Notes: generated from the letters alone by a model not told the origin. A stretch of DNA of 64,000 nt from Bryobacterales bacterium (GCA_963422375.2 OY729428.2:1120001-1184000); one strand, 5' to 3'; shown: positions 52,440 to 62,920, numbered from the stretch's first letter. Program-made: numbers and translations.

Positions 52440-52800
52440 GGAGGGGGCGCGATGCGGAGAGCGAGCATCGCGATGTTCGACATCGAACAGGTCCTACCAC
52501 TGCAACACGAAGGCGGGCCCAGCCAGAGTGAGATCGCCCGGACATGCGGCTTGGGCCAGTCGATTGTGAACGGCCTGCTGCAGCGGGCCGCCCGGGCAGC
52601 CTGGGATGGCCCTGGATGAGGCCGCCCTACGGGACAGGCTGTGCCGCCAACAGTGCGCGCGCCGGGACCTGACGATGATCCAGTAGCACCCGCCGGGACA
52701 TAAGGTCTTCGTGGACTACGCCGGCCAGACCGTGACGGTCTTGGACGTGCCCACGGGCCAGAAGCGCGAGGCGCAGGTGTTCGTGGCCGTGCCAAAGACT
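52440..52800 (+). mobile_element. IS21-family istA remnant
   Basis: HTH-like SQSEIARTCGLGQSIV and FVDYAGQTV..D..TG..REAQVFVAV. Confidence 0.65.
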
Positions 52801-52864
52801 CTTGGGCCAACCGACCGGCATGCACAAAGGGCACGGCACGTGCCGATGGCGTGCCCGCCAATGC

Positions 52865-55800
52865 TCAGGGAGTGTCGCCGAAGAGGCCCGCCTGCTTGGC
52901 AGGTGTTGTCCGCGCCAATCGCGTTATCTCCGACCAGCTCTGAACGAGGGTGTTGTATCGCAGCGCTTCAGCAGCGCGCTTCTTCCGGTCGCAGAGCGTG
53001 TAGAGTCGGTAGCAGAGTTCGCGAGCCGCCTCGGCCCTCCCGCCAAGGGCGGTGACGATTTTAGCCGCGCAGGTCTCCCCGCGCTTCTCGAGAACCCGAA
53101 TGAGATGGTGGACCGTCTCCCACGTGGTCAACCGTGCGTCGCCGGCCGGATCCCAAGCGTCGGACAACTCATCTGGAGTCAGCAGGCGTACCGTGCCGCC
53201 CTTCGACACCAGAATACCTGCTTCACGCATCCCGGTGACGGACGTGTTCTTCGCCTTGGAGAGTGTCTCGGCGATGCCATAGTCGCCTTCGCCGAAGCCG
53301 TGCTGCGCGAACCAATCGAGCGCCCAGCGGCTGTCCGAATCGAAGTCACCCTCTTGCTCGGCGAGAACCTCGTCGAGAATCTGGTTGATGAGCGCCAGTG
53401 CTTCTCGAACCGACATGTGCTTGCCGGCTGCATCGAGCACCCTCTCGTAGCGCGTGTACACGGCCATGCCGGGGCCGATGGCGGCCTGGGCCAGATCCAC
53501 GGGGGCCACGTTGCCGGACTGCAGCAGGCGCAGCGCCGGGGGCAGCTCCGCGCGCAGGGCGGCCAGGAACTCGCGGCGCGCGGCCGCCGGGGCGCCCGGC
53601 GGGCGCCGGCGGCACACGAGGACGATGCTGGAGGCGAGGGCGTTCGTGCCCATGCCGACCATGCGGTTGCTCAGCTCGGTCCGCATCGGCCACGTGCCGG
53701 TGATGGCGAACCCGGATCGGATCGCGGCGTCCAGGAACGTCTCCCAGCCCGTGCTCGCGACTCCCGTCCCCCCTTTCCGCTCCGACTGCTTGAAGGCGTA
53801 GTAGATGGTGACCGGGAAACCGGGATGCGACCGCCCCGCGAGCCGGCCGAGCGCCCGCGTCATGCCGTCTAGGAAGAAGCGCTCCGCGGCATCGCGGCTG
53901 CCGTGGCGGTACGGCGTGGCGACCAGCTCCTCGGCCTTCGGGACTGCCAGCGTGGCGAACAGGTCCGGGAACACCGGCTTCAGCGAGCGGCGGAGCCAGA
54001 CGTAGAAGAAGTCCGACAGGTCGGCGTAGCCGATGTTGTCGTAATACGGCGGATCGGTTGATAGGAGCTTCGCGCCTCCAATCGATTGTGAGGATGCGTC
54101 GATTTGTAAGCTGCTGCCATATACCGTGGCACGTGCGTTGAGAAGAAACTTCTCGATCCATTTCAAGAGCGAAGCGAAGCTGCCACTGGAACCCGAGAAT
54201 GGATTCCCTTCCGCGAAATCCCAGGTCATTGGAATCGCCTGGCGCGCGAAGGTGTTCCGAATCTTCGCATACCCAACATCCCAACTGGAGATCGTCGAGA
54301 GACGATCAGCGAGACGATCGACGCCCAAGCTCAGATACAGGGACACCGCCTCGGCGTACGCCGTCGCGCCCGCGCCGCCCTCGCGCAGGGGCCGCCCGTC
54401 GTCGATCAGCCCCGCCGCGACCGCGTCCCGCCGGACGCGCTCCGCCGCCGCGCCCACCAGGTCCGAGAAGGTCGTCAGGGCGACGAGCTGGCGGGAGGTG
54501 AAGAGGTCAGCCCAGCGGAGCATCCCGTACTCCTGCACACGAAAGCCAAGCGCCCGTTGGGGAAGATCGGTCTCGGGAGACCACGCCGGGCGGGTTTCCG
54601 TTGCCGCGACTTCCTGGTCAGGCGGGGGAGTCAAGTAGATCCGTTCGCGGTTGCCCTCCGCGACTACTGCGAGCAGACGTGAACCCATCCGTCCCGCCTT
54701 GCCCTCCGCCCGCAGGTAGTCGAACGGCATCGGCGTTCCCGACATCAGGCAGAGGAAAGGCTTGCCGCTGCCGCCAGCCTTCGTGCCCCGCTTGGCAGCT
54801 GCCGCATCCGGCGGCGCGCCGACCTTCACCTCGAACCGATACCCCCGCCCCTCGATCACCGGCTCGACATACGCCTCCTTGCCCTGCTTCGTCGACAGCA
54901 TCCACGTCGACGCCAGCGGCACCTCCACGTCCGCGAACGCCGGGTTCGGACTCCGCACCGTCCGCGCCCACAGCCACGCAATCACCGTCAGCTTGCGCCC
55001 CGCATACCGCTGCAGGTCCGGACGCTCTCGCACCAGCGCCGGCGTGACCTCCACCGCCGGGTACAGATGCCCGATCCGCTCCGCCGCCTCGTCCCGCATC
55101 CACCGCCCGTAGCGCCGCACGTCCTCGGCCAGCCCCCGCGCGCCGCGCCATGCCTTCTCGACGAGGTTCCGCTCGGCCCGGGCATCCGGATGCACCGGCG
55201 CCCGGCGCGCGAACCGCGGCGGGATCTCGATCATCGCCTTGTTGATCAGCACCGCCACCGGGTTCAGGTCGCTCGCGTGGGCCTCGAGGCCGAGGCGCTG
55301 CGCCTCCAGCGGCAGCGAGCCGCCGCCCGCGAACGGATCGTGGAACGCCGGCAGGCGACCCGGGTCGAACAGTTCGGGCGCACGCGGATGGCCGGCGTGC
55401 TCGGCGCAGGCCCGGCGCCAGCTCCGCCGGATCTCGGCCCGCGCGCGCTCGAGCACCGTCTCGTTGGCCGTGTTCTCCCACAAGACCAGCTCCCGCACGA
55501 TGCCGAACAGGCGCTCGCGCTCCTGCTCGGCGGCGACCTCCCGCAGCGCCGCCCGCTCGTCCTCGCGGTTCGTCGCCGCTGGTACATCGCTAGCCGGCCG
55601 GCGCCGCCTGAGCACCCGCAGAGCGGCGCTCCTCCTCTCCGGGTCCTTCAGCAGCGCGTCGACGTACTCCGAGGGATCATCGACCATCTGCGCGAAGATC
55701 ACGGCGCGCGCCGCCGCCAGCGGTCGCCGCGCCCACCACAGATGCAGCGTCGACGGATGGCCATGGCGGATCGACTTTTCCCGCGCCGACGCCGCGTTGA

Positions 55801-55867
55801 TGGCGTCCAGCGGCAGCGCGACCTCGATCAGTTTCCTGCGGTCCGGGCTCACAACAGACTCCACCAA
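52865..55867 (-). CDS. DUF1156-domain adenine-specific DNA methyltransferase (copy 1, intact)
   Basis: [55 protein letters not shown]; start may be GTG near 55852. Confidence 0.92.
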   Translation of the reverse strand: MVESVVSPDRRKLIEVALPLDAINAASAREKSIRHGHPSTLHLWWARRPLAAARAVIFAQMVDDPSEYVDALLKDPERRSAALRVLRRRRPASDVPAATNREDERAALREVAAEQERERLFGIVRELVLWENTANETVLERARAEIRRSWRRACAEHAGHPRAPELFDPGRLPAFHDPFAGGGSLPLEAQRLGLEAHASDLNPVAVLINKAMIEIPPRFARRAPVHPDARAERNLVEKAWRGARGLAEDVRRYGRWMRDEAAERIGHLYPAVEVTPALVRERPDLQRYAGRKLTVIAWLWARTVRSPNPAFADVEVPLASTWMLSTKQGKEAYVEPVIEGRGYRFEVKVGAPPDAAAAKRGTKAGGSGKPFLCLMSGTPMPFDYLRAEGKAGRMGSRLLAVVAEGNRERIYLTPPPDQEVAATETRPAWSPETDLPQRALGFRVQEYGMLRWADLFTSRQLVALTTFSDLVGAAAERVRRDAVAAGLIDDGRPLREGGAGATAYAEAVSLYLSLGVDRLADRLSTISSWDVGYAKIRNTFARQAIPMTWDFAEGNPFSGSSGSFASLLKWIEKFLLNARATVYGSSLQIDASSQSIGGAKLLSTDPPYYDNIGYADLSDFFYVWLRRSLKPVFPDLFATLAVPKAEELVATPYRHGSRDAAERFFLDGMTRALGRLAGRSHPGFPVTIYYAFKQSERKGGTGVASTGWETFLDAAIRSGFAITGTWPMRTELSNRMVGMGTNALASSIVLVCRRRPPGAPAAARREFLAALRAELPPALRLLQSGNVAPVDLAQAAIGPGMAVYTRYERVLDAAGKHMSVREALALINQILDEVLAEQEGDFDSDSRWALDWFAQHGFGEGDYGIAETLSKAKNTSVTGMREAGILVSKGGTVRLLTPDELSDAWDPAGDARLTTWETVHHLIRVLEKRGETCAAKIVTALGGRAEAARELCYRLYTLCDRKKRAAEALRYNTLVQSWSEITRLARTTPAKQAGLFGDTP
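53446..53646. repeat. 201-bp inverted repeat pairing with 60046..60246
   Basis: Sequence encoding [14 protein letters not shown]...AVYTRY appears identical by eye in both copies while flanks diverge. Confidence 0.85.
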
Positions 55868-55871
55868 GGAT

Positions 55872-56240
55872 CTACGGCCCGAGCACCTGCACGAGGCTGG
55901 GCCTGCGGATGCGGCCCGCGGCGCGGACCACGTACACCGCGTCGTAGCCCGGCACCTTCCACTGCCCCGCGAAGTCGGCGGCGAACCCGAGCAGTTCGTG
56001 CCCGTTTCCGACTAGGGCCATGCCCAACGCTTCGACGAGCGACAGGGCTTCCTGCACCTTGGACGCCTGACTTCCGGGCAGGAGGCACAGCACCGCTAGC
56101 AACTCGTTCATGAAGAGATCCGGAGTCGCGTACGGTGAAGGTTCGCGCCCGATCTTGGCAAGCACCAGCGCGGCTTCCTCGACAAGTGGGTCGTCCGTCA
56201 CGAACCACTTGATCGTGACCGAGGAATCGACCACGATCAC
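55872..56240 (-). CDS. vapC: PIN-domain VapC toxin (possibly C-terminally altered)
   Basis: IVVDSSVTIKWF, PDLF..E, YDAVYV; start overlaps antitoxin stop. Confidence 0.8.
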   Translation of the reverse strand: MIVVDSSVTIKWFVTDDPLVEEAALVLAKIGREPSPYATPDLFMNELLAVLCLLPGSQASKVQEALSLVEALGMALVGNGHELLGFAADFAGQWKVPGYDAVYVVRAAGRIRRPSLVQVLGP

Positions 56241-56500
56241 GACCGCAAATCGCGCAGCACGTCGAGGGTCGTTCCAGCCGCGGGCGACCCGAACTTGAGT
56301 TGCTTCAACCGGGCGATCACTTCTCGGCGCTGATCGTCGGCATACCGGTCAACGCACCGTTCGCGGTAGTCCTTGATGCTCACGAGTGCGGCCGCAGGGG
56401 TGTGCCGGCGACACACCGGAATGGGATTGCCGCCACGTTCGAGCTGGTCGACCACCTTGCCGAAGGAGTGGCGGAGATCCAAAGCGTTCACAGTCTCCAT
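56237..56500 (-). CDS. Phd/YefM-family antitoxin
   Basis: METVNALDLRHSFGKVVDQLE.GG.PI.V; TTGACA upstream at 56534-56539 (minus strand). Confidence 0.78.
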   Translation of the reverse strand: METVNALDLRHSFGKVVDQLERGGNPIPVCRRHTPAAALVSIKDYRERCVDRYADDQRREVIARLKQLKFGSPAAGTTLDVLRDLRS

Positions 56501-56649
56501 GGCTTGCCCCAGCATCCTACTTGCACAGTTTGGTGTCAAGAGCGTGCCCGCTGTCTCCTCGGCCGACACCGCGGCCACTCCGCTGGCGACGGAACGGCCG
56601 TTCGAGTTCCGGGTCGTCGTGGGTTCCTGTGCGTCGGGAGCCGGTGCCG

Positions 56650-56926
56650 ACGGGAGCTTCGCGATAGCACCTCCGATTTGCTCGGCCGCTGCCTCGGGCG
56701 CTCGGTTGCTGAAATGCGCCTAACGCAGCGTTATCCGGCTTTGCGCATGACCGAGCAGGCGCGAGACCACCGGCAGCGGTACGGACCGTATCACGGCGTG
56801 GCTCGCGCACGCGTACCACAGATCGTGCAAGCGCACGACCGCGATCCCGGCCTGTTGGCTCACCTTCCGCCACAAGGACAGCCCGCCTGAGTGGCTCTGC
56901 GACGAATCGGTCAGCGAGGAAAACAC
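56650..56926 (-). pseudogene. Tyrosine recombinase/integrase C-terminal remnant
   Basis: VRLHDLW (HxLR degenerate), LPVVSRLLGH, ITLR*AH where the catalytic Tyr codon is replaced by TAG. Confidence 0.75.
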
Positions 56927-57128
56927 CTACGCGCCCCCCGCCCCGTCTTTCTTGGGGTATAGGCCCCAGCGCAGCGGAACCAATCACTAGACTCCCGCTA
57001 GGGCAGGATCTGATTGCGCAAGTACGCCCGATTGACTTTGGCGGTCCGCGGCTTTCACGAGCGCCCGTGGCGGTGGAAGACTTCCTCGGAGACCGTCTCG
57101 AAACGGGCGCCACTGGCTGTCGTCCATG

Positions 57129-57145
57129 TGGTATGGTTTGCCATA
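57129..57145 (+). promoter_or_regulatory. Putative extended -10 with overlapping inverted repeat (antitoxin operator), probably leaderless
   Basis: TGGTATGGT; palindrome TATGG-tttg-CCATA ending at the ATG (57145). Confidence 0.5.
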
Positions 57146-57381
57146 TGAAGACGACCCTCAACATCGACGATTCGGTCATGCAGCGCCTGCGGGAAGAGGC
57201 GGTACGACGCGGAACCACTATGTCCATGCTCGTCGAAGCAGGTCTCCGGCGCGTGCTCGCCGCTCCCAAGGTCATGGGTTCGTCGGAGACCCTGCCTCCG
57301 CTGCCGTCGTGGAACGGAGGAGAGGAACTGGTCAACATTTCGGACCGGGAAGCGCTCTACCGGTCCATGGAAGAGGAATGA
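57145..57381 (+). CDS. vapB: RHH-type VapB antitoxin
   Basis: MKTTLNIDDSVMQRLREEAVRRGTTMS.LVEAGLR. Confidence 0.85.
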   Translation: MKTTLNIDDSVMQRLREEAVRRGTTMSMLVEAGLRRVLAAPKVMGSSETLPPLPSWNGGEELVNISDREALYRSMEEE

Positions 57382-57382
57382 C

Positions 57383-57823
57383 GTGCTCCTGTTCGACACC
57401 AACGTGCTGGTGTACGCGGCCAACAGGGACTCCGCGTTTCACCTTCCGTGTCGCGAGCGGCTCGGAGAAGCGCGTTGCGATCCTTCTCCAGCATTTCTTA
57501 CGTGGAGCGTCTGCTACGAGTTTCTGCGGGTGACCACCCATCCGCGTGCTCTCCGGTCACCGTGGCGAGCGGAGGATGCGTATCGCTTCGTTGCAGACCT
57601 GCTTGCGTCGCCGGGGTTCGATCTGCTGATCGCGACTCCACGTCACGCGGCTGTGCTGGCGCATACGCTGTCGGAACTGCCCGACCTTCGCGGCAACGTG
57701 CTGCACGACGTGCATACGGCGGTGCTCATGCGCGAGCACGGCGTCAGCCGCATCTGTACTCGCGATGCCGACTTCGGCCGGTTTCCGTTCCTGACAGTCG
57801 TCGACCCGCTCGACCAAGCCTGA
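57383..57823 (+). CDS. vapC: PIN-domain VapC toxin
   Basis: [37 protein letters not shown]. Confidence 0.9.
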   Translation: MLLFDTNVLVYAANRDSAFHLPCRERLGEARCDPSPAFLTWSVCYEFLRVTTHPRALRSPWRAEDAYRFVADLLASPGFDLLIATPRHAAVLAHTLSELPDLRGNVLHDVHTAVLMREHGVSRICTRDADFGRFPFLTVVDPLDQA

Positions 57824-57834
57824 CGGAGCTGCTG

Positions 57835-60246
57835 GTGACTAGGTCGCACGTGCGCAGGAAACTGATCGAGGTCGCGCTGCCGCTGGACGCCATCAACGCG
57901 GCGTCGGCGCGGGAAAAGTCGATCCGCCATGGCCATCCGTCGACGCTGCATCTGTGGTGGGCGCGGCGACCGCTGGCGGCGGCGCGCGCCGTGATCTTCG
58001 CGCAGATGGTCGATGATCCCTCGGAGTACGTCGACGCGCTGCTGAAGGACCCGGAGAGGAGGAGCGCCGCTCTGCGGGTGCTCAGGCGGCGCCGGCCGGC
58101 TAGCGATGTACCAGCGGCGACGAACCGCGAGGACGAGCGGGCGGCGCTGCGGGAGGTCGCCGCCGAGCAGGAGCGCGAGCGCCTGTTCGGCATCGTGCGG
58201 GAGCTGGTCTTGTGGGAGAACACGGCCAACGAGAGGGTGCTCGAGCGGGCCCGGGCCGAGATCCGGCGGAGCTGGCGCCGGGCGTGCGCCGAGCACGCCG
58301 GCCATCCGCGTGCGCCCGAACTGTTCGACCCGGGTCGCCTGCCGGCGTTCCACGATCCGTTCGCGGGCGGCGGCTCGCTGCCGCTGGAGGCGCAGCGCCT
58401 CGGCCTCGAGGCCCACGCGAGCGACCTGAACCCGGTGGCGGTGCTGATCAACAAGGCGATGATCGAGATCCCGCCGCGGTTCGCGCGCCGGGCGCCGGTG
58501 CATCCGGATGCCCGGGCCGAGCGGAACCTCGTCGAGAAGGCATGGCGCGGCGCGCGGGGGCTGGCCGAGGACGTGCGGCGCTACGGGCGGTGGATGCGGG
58601 ACGAGGCGGCGGAGCGGATCGGGCATCTGTACCCGGCGGTGGAGGTCACGCCGGCGCTGGTGCGGGAGCGTCCGGACCTGCAGCGGTATGCGGGGCGCAA
58701 GCTGACGGTGATTGCGTGGCTGTGGGCGCGGACGGTGCGGAGTCCGAACCCGGCGTTCGCGGACGTGGAGGTGCCGCTGGCGTCGACGTGGATGCTGTCG
58801 ACGAAGAAGGGCCGGGAGGCGCATGTCGAGCCGGTGATCGAGGGGCGGGAGTATCGGTTCGTAGTACGTGCCGGAGCGCCGCCGGATGCGAAGGCGGCCA
58901 AGCGGGGGACGAAGGCTGGCGGCAGCGGCAAGCCTTTCCTCTGCCTGCTGTCGGGAACGCCGATGCCGTTCGACTACCTGCGGGTGGAGGGCAAGGCGGG
59001 ACGGATGAGTTCACGTCTGCTCGCAGTGGTCGCGGAGGGCAACCGCGAACGGATCTACTTGAGTCCCCCGCCTGACCAGGAAGTCGCGGCAACAGAAGCC
59101 CACCCGGCGTGGTCTCCCGAGACCGATCTTCCCCAACGGGCGCTTGGCTTTCGTGTGCAGGAGTACGGGATGCTCCGCTGGGCTGACCTCTTCACATCCC
59201 GCCAGCTCGTCGCCCTGACGACCTTCTCGGACCTGGTGGGCGCGGCGGCGGAGCGCGTCCGGCGGGACGCCGCGGCCGCCGGCCTGCCCGAGGACGGCAA
59301 GCCGCTGCGCGACGGCGGGACGGGCGCGACCGCGTACGCCGAGGCGGTGTCCCTGTATCTGGCGTTCGCATTGTCGAAAATCGCGAATGTCGGTTCATCC
59401 ATTACGTCGTGGATGAGCGACCGCGGTGCGTTTCGTGAGACCTTCGCTCGACAAGCCATTCCAATGATGTGGGACTTCGCCGAAGCGAATCCATTCGCCG
59501 GCGCTGGAGGCAGTCTGACAGCGGCTCTGAGCAAGGGGGCATGGTGATCGACGCCCTTCCCGCAACGCTGCGCGGCTTGAGCAACCAACGGGATGCCGCA
59601 AGCCAAGCGATTCATGCCAGTGTGCTGATATCGACAGATCCACCCTACTATGACAACATCGGCTACGCCGACCTCTCGGATTTCTTCTACGTCTGGCTTC
59701 GTCGCTCGTTGCGATCGGTGTTCCCGGAGTTGTTCGCAACCGTCGCCGTACCGAAGGCCGAGGAATTGGTGGCCACGCCATACCGCCACGGCGGCAAGGC
59801 GGCGGCGAAGAGGTTCTTTCTTAGCGGCATGACCAAGGCTCTCAGCAACCTTGCCGACCACGCGCATCCCGGATTTCCGGCGACGATCTACTATGCGTTC
59901 AAGCAGTCTGAGACGACTGGAGACAGCGGGACCGCGAGTACGGGCTGGGAGACCTTCCTTGGTGCGGTTATCCGGGCCGGTTTCGCGATCTCAGGCACTT
60001 GGCCGGTGCGAACCGAAGGAGCAGGACGTATCCTTGCGAGAGACGCGAACGCCCTCGCCTCCAGCATCGTCCTCGTGTGCCGCCGGCGCCCGCCGGGCGC
60101 CCCGGCGGCCGCGCGCCGCGAGTTCCTGGCCGCCCTGCGCGCGGAGCTGCCCCCGGCGCTGCGCCTGCTGCAGTCCGGCAACGTGGCCCCCGTGGATCTG
60201 GCCCAGGCCGCCATCGGCCCCGGCATGGCCGTGTACACGCGCTACG
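57835..60246 (+). pseudogene. DUF1156 methyltransferase copy 2, frameshift in G5 tract near 59535-59539, 3'-truncated
   Basis: GGAG + GTG 57835; near-identical to copy 1 over about the first 1.4 kb; homology ends abruptly at 60246. Confidence 0.88.
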
Positions 60247-60629
60247 CACCGTCGCACGTCGCGTGTCACTTCCACAGCCATCGTCCCGTGCCCTCGACCT
60301 AATGCGCTTCCCCATTGCGCAAGAGGTGCTCAATATCTCTCCTGATCCCTATTCCACTCGCTTTATGGGACGGCGCAAGCATGACTTCCTCAGGCGATTG
60401 GCTCGCTAGAGGAGTATGGAGACCTCGGCAGATCGGCAGGTTGGTCCATCGCTCTGCACGGTCGCCCCTCTGCGGAACGCCGGCGCGTGCGTCGAGACTC
60501 TGAAGCGCGCGCCGGGGGCGCGGTTGGATCGCTGTCGGTGGATGGCCGTTCACCGCGTGCCGACCAAGTTGGGCACTCGCTCGCAGGCAGTCCTCAGACG
60601 GCGGCTGCGGTTCCTTCAGACAAGCTGCT

Positions 60630-60652
60630 AAGTCCTTTCGATGAAAGGACTT
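60630..60652. other. Perfect 10-bp inverted repeat (possible terminator or protein-binding site)
   Basis: AAGTCCTTTC-gat-GAAAGGACTT. Confidence 0.4.
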
Positions 60653-60699
60653 GACCGTTGTCCTCCCTGCGCTTCAGTCCGCTCGGGGGACGGTCTCGG

Positions 60700-60935
60700 C
60701 AGCTTGCGGACAGAGCGTGTATTTCTACTCAGGCAGGTCCTTCATCGCCCTGGCGCATATCTTGACGCCCTTGGGGTATTCCTCCGAAAACAGCACGGCT
60801 GCCGCACGCACCTGGTCCGAGTGACGGTGGCTCGGATGAACCGCGCCATTGTGTCGAGGCTGTCCAGCGGATGCCCGGCCCAGTTGTGGCTGACGAAGCT
60901 GAACACCTTGTCTTCTACGGGGTGCCAATTGTTCT
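60700..60935 (-). mobile_element. ISAzo13-family transposase C-terminal remnant
   Basis: WHPVEDKVFSFVSHNWAGHPL (cf. WNKIEHRLFSFISxNWRGxPL) and EYPKGVKI in the next frame. Confidence 0.65.
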
Positions 60936-62771
60936 GTGCCGCGACACATCGCAAGTGGAGCGCGATTCGGCATCCCGTTGTCGCGTCAGGGAGAACTCTG
61001 CGCCTTCTACGATCCGGATGAACTTGCCAGTCGGCACGTTGGTCAGCACGTCGCGCGAGGACGCATAGGGCCAGTCGATCTCGATCGAGTCGGCATGCTC
61101 GTGCGAACCCATGCCGAAGTGCAGCCGGAAGTCGCTGCTCGACATGAAGCTCGAACCGGATCGAACCTCTTGGACCATGTGTCGCTCGCCCACCCTGACG
61201 GTCACGCGGGCACCGATCGCGCTGCAGTTCGACTTCGTTCCCACCAAGTCGACCGACAAGAAACCACCCGCGCCCTCTGTGTCGTTGCGCAGCAGGCTCG
61301 GACGCTCGTTCATGTTGTTGACGAACACGTCGACGTCGCCGTCGTTGTCGTAGTCGCCAACGGCCAGGCCGCGGCTCGAATGCGCCGCGGCCAGGCCGGG
61401 CCCGCCCGAGACGCCGACCTCCTCGAGCGCCCGGCCTTCAACGTTGCGATATAGCAACCGTCGCTGTCTGTACGGGTTGTTCGGCAGGCGGGACTCGATC
61501 TCCGGATACACGTGGCCGTTGGCGACGACGATGTCGGGCCAGGTGTCGAGGTCGACGTCGAGCGCCGCGACTCCCCAGCCCATGTAGCCCGAGCTCACCC
61601 CGCCACCCATCGCGTGGACGCGGTCATCAAAGGAGGCGGTCCCGCTGGCGAGGTAGAAGTTCGAGGTCTCCTGGATGAAGTTGGTCTTGACGAGATCGAG
61701 ATGCCCGTCGCCGTCGAGGTCTGTCGCGGCCGACCCCATGCCCGCTTGGACCCTGCCGTGCTCGTCGAGCGCGGCCCCGCTCGCAATGCCGACCTCCTTG
61801 AACGAGCCGTCGCCGAGGTTCCGGAAGAGCGCGCTCGCCTGCGAGTCCACGGCGACGTAGATATCGGTCCAGCCGTCGGCGTCCATGTCCAGCGTCGTGA
61901 CCGACAGCGAATAGCGCGCCCCCGCCGCCGCGACCCCGGCCGCGCGCGAGACGTCTTCGAAGCGGCCGTCACCGAGGTTCCGGTACAGCTCGTCGGTCTC
62001 GGCCGGCAGGCCCCGGGGGCCGCACAGCACGGCCTGCCCCTTCCACCTGCAGCTGGGAGCGCTGCCCCGGACCGGCACCCTGTCCCTGTCGAAGACCAAG
62101 TAGTTGGCAACGAAGAGGTCGAGAAGGCCGTCACGATCGAAGTCGAGGAAGGCGCAGCCGGTCGACCAGCGCCTGCCAGCCGCGATGCCGGACGGCGCCG
62201 TGACGTCGGCGAACGAGCCGGAGCCGTCGTTGCGCATGAGGAGGTTCGGCCCGAAGAACGTTACGAACAGGTCCTCGAATCCGTCGTTGTCGATGTCGCC
62301 GACGCAGGCACCCTGGCCCCATCCGTCGCTGGCCAGTCCGGCCTTCTCGGTTACGTTCTCGAATGTGCCGTCGCGCCTGTTGCGATAGAGATGGTTGCTG
62401 GGTCTCGATTCCGGCCGAAGGGGCTCGAGGGTGCTGCCGGAAACGAAGAAGGCGTCGAGGAAGCCGTCGTGGTCGTAGTCCAGCAGGGCCACGCCGCCGC
62501 CGAGCGTCTCGAGGATGTAGTCCTTCCGATCATCGCGCCCGCAGTAGAAGACGTCCGTGAGGCCCGATTCGGCCGCGACGTCAACGAATCCGGGCGCTGC
62601 AAGGGCTGCGGCGGCACCTATGAAGGTCGAGCCCATCGCGAGCGGGGTGGCGGGAAGCCGCGTTAGCAGGGCAGCTAGGCTGGCTAGCAGGCCCGTCCGA
62701 GTCGACGGTGTCCTAGCGGACGCACCCGGTCCAACTGTGGAGAAAACGACATCGCTCGCCTTCATTCGCAC
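60915..62771 (-). CDS. CRTAC1 family protein (FG-GAP + ASPIC/UnbV)
   Basis: DYDHDGFLD, GDIDNDG, SRGLAVGDYDNDG, AIGARV, LHFGMG; start approximate. Confidence 0.92.
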   Translation of the reverse strand: MRMKASDVVFSTVGPGASARTPSTRTGLLASLAALLTRLPATPLAMGSTFIGAAAALAAPGFVDVAAESGLTDVFYCGRDDRKDYILETLGGGVALLDYDHDGFLDAFFVSGSTLEPLRPESRPSNHLYRNRRDGTFENVTEKAGLASDGWGQGACVGDIDNDGFEDLFVTFFGPNLLMRNDGSGSFADVTAPSGIAAGRRWSTGCAFLDFDRDGLLDLFVANYLVFDRDRVPVRGSAPSCRWKGQAVLCGPRGLPAETDELYRNLGDGRFEDVSRAAGVAAAGARYSLSVTTLDMDADGWTDIYVAVDSQASALFRNLGDGSFKEVGIASGAALDEHGRVQAGMGSAATDLDGDGHLDLVKTNFIQETSNFYLASGTASFDDRVHAMGGGVSSGYMGWGVAALDVDLDTWPDIVVANGHVYPEIESRLPNNPYRQRRLLYRNVEGRALEEVGVSGGPGLAAAHSSRGLAVGDYDNDGDVDVFVNNMNERPSLLRNDTEGAGGFLSVDLVGTKSNCSAIGARVTVRVGERHMVQEVRSGSSFMSSSDFRLHFGMGSHEHADSIEIDWPYASSRDVLTNVPTGKFIRIVEGAEFSLTRQRDAESRSTCDVSRHRTIGTP

Positions 62772-62862
62772 GCCCCCGGCACCCGATTGGTACCTGCAAC
62801 TGCGCGATCCGGGGACGGCATAGTCCCGGCCGTGCCCGGTGTCCGAGAGTGCCCGGGAATGG

Positions 62863-62897
62863 GTGGTCCGTCCCGCCCGCTAGGCGGGACGGACCAC
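62863..62897 (-). terminator. Perfect 15-bp stem-loop downstream of TonB-dependent receptor
   Basis: GTGGTCCGTCCCGCC-cgcta-GGCGGGACGGACCAC; no U-tract, so it may instead be an mRNA-stabilising hairpin. Confidence 0.55.
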
Positions 62898-62920
62898 GTC
62901 GGACGCCCACGGGCTGCCGA

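Noticed and set aside
57448..57834. N-terminal extension fusing the vapC region to DUF1156 copy 2
   Set aside because: Out-of-frame overlap with vapC; an RBS plus GTG at 57835 matches the start of copy 1
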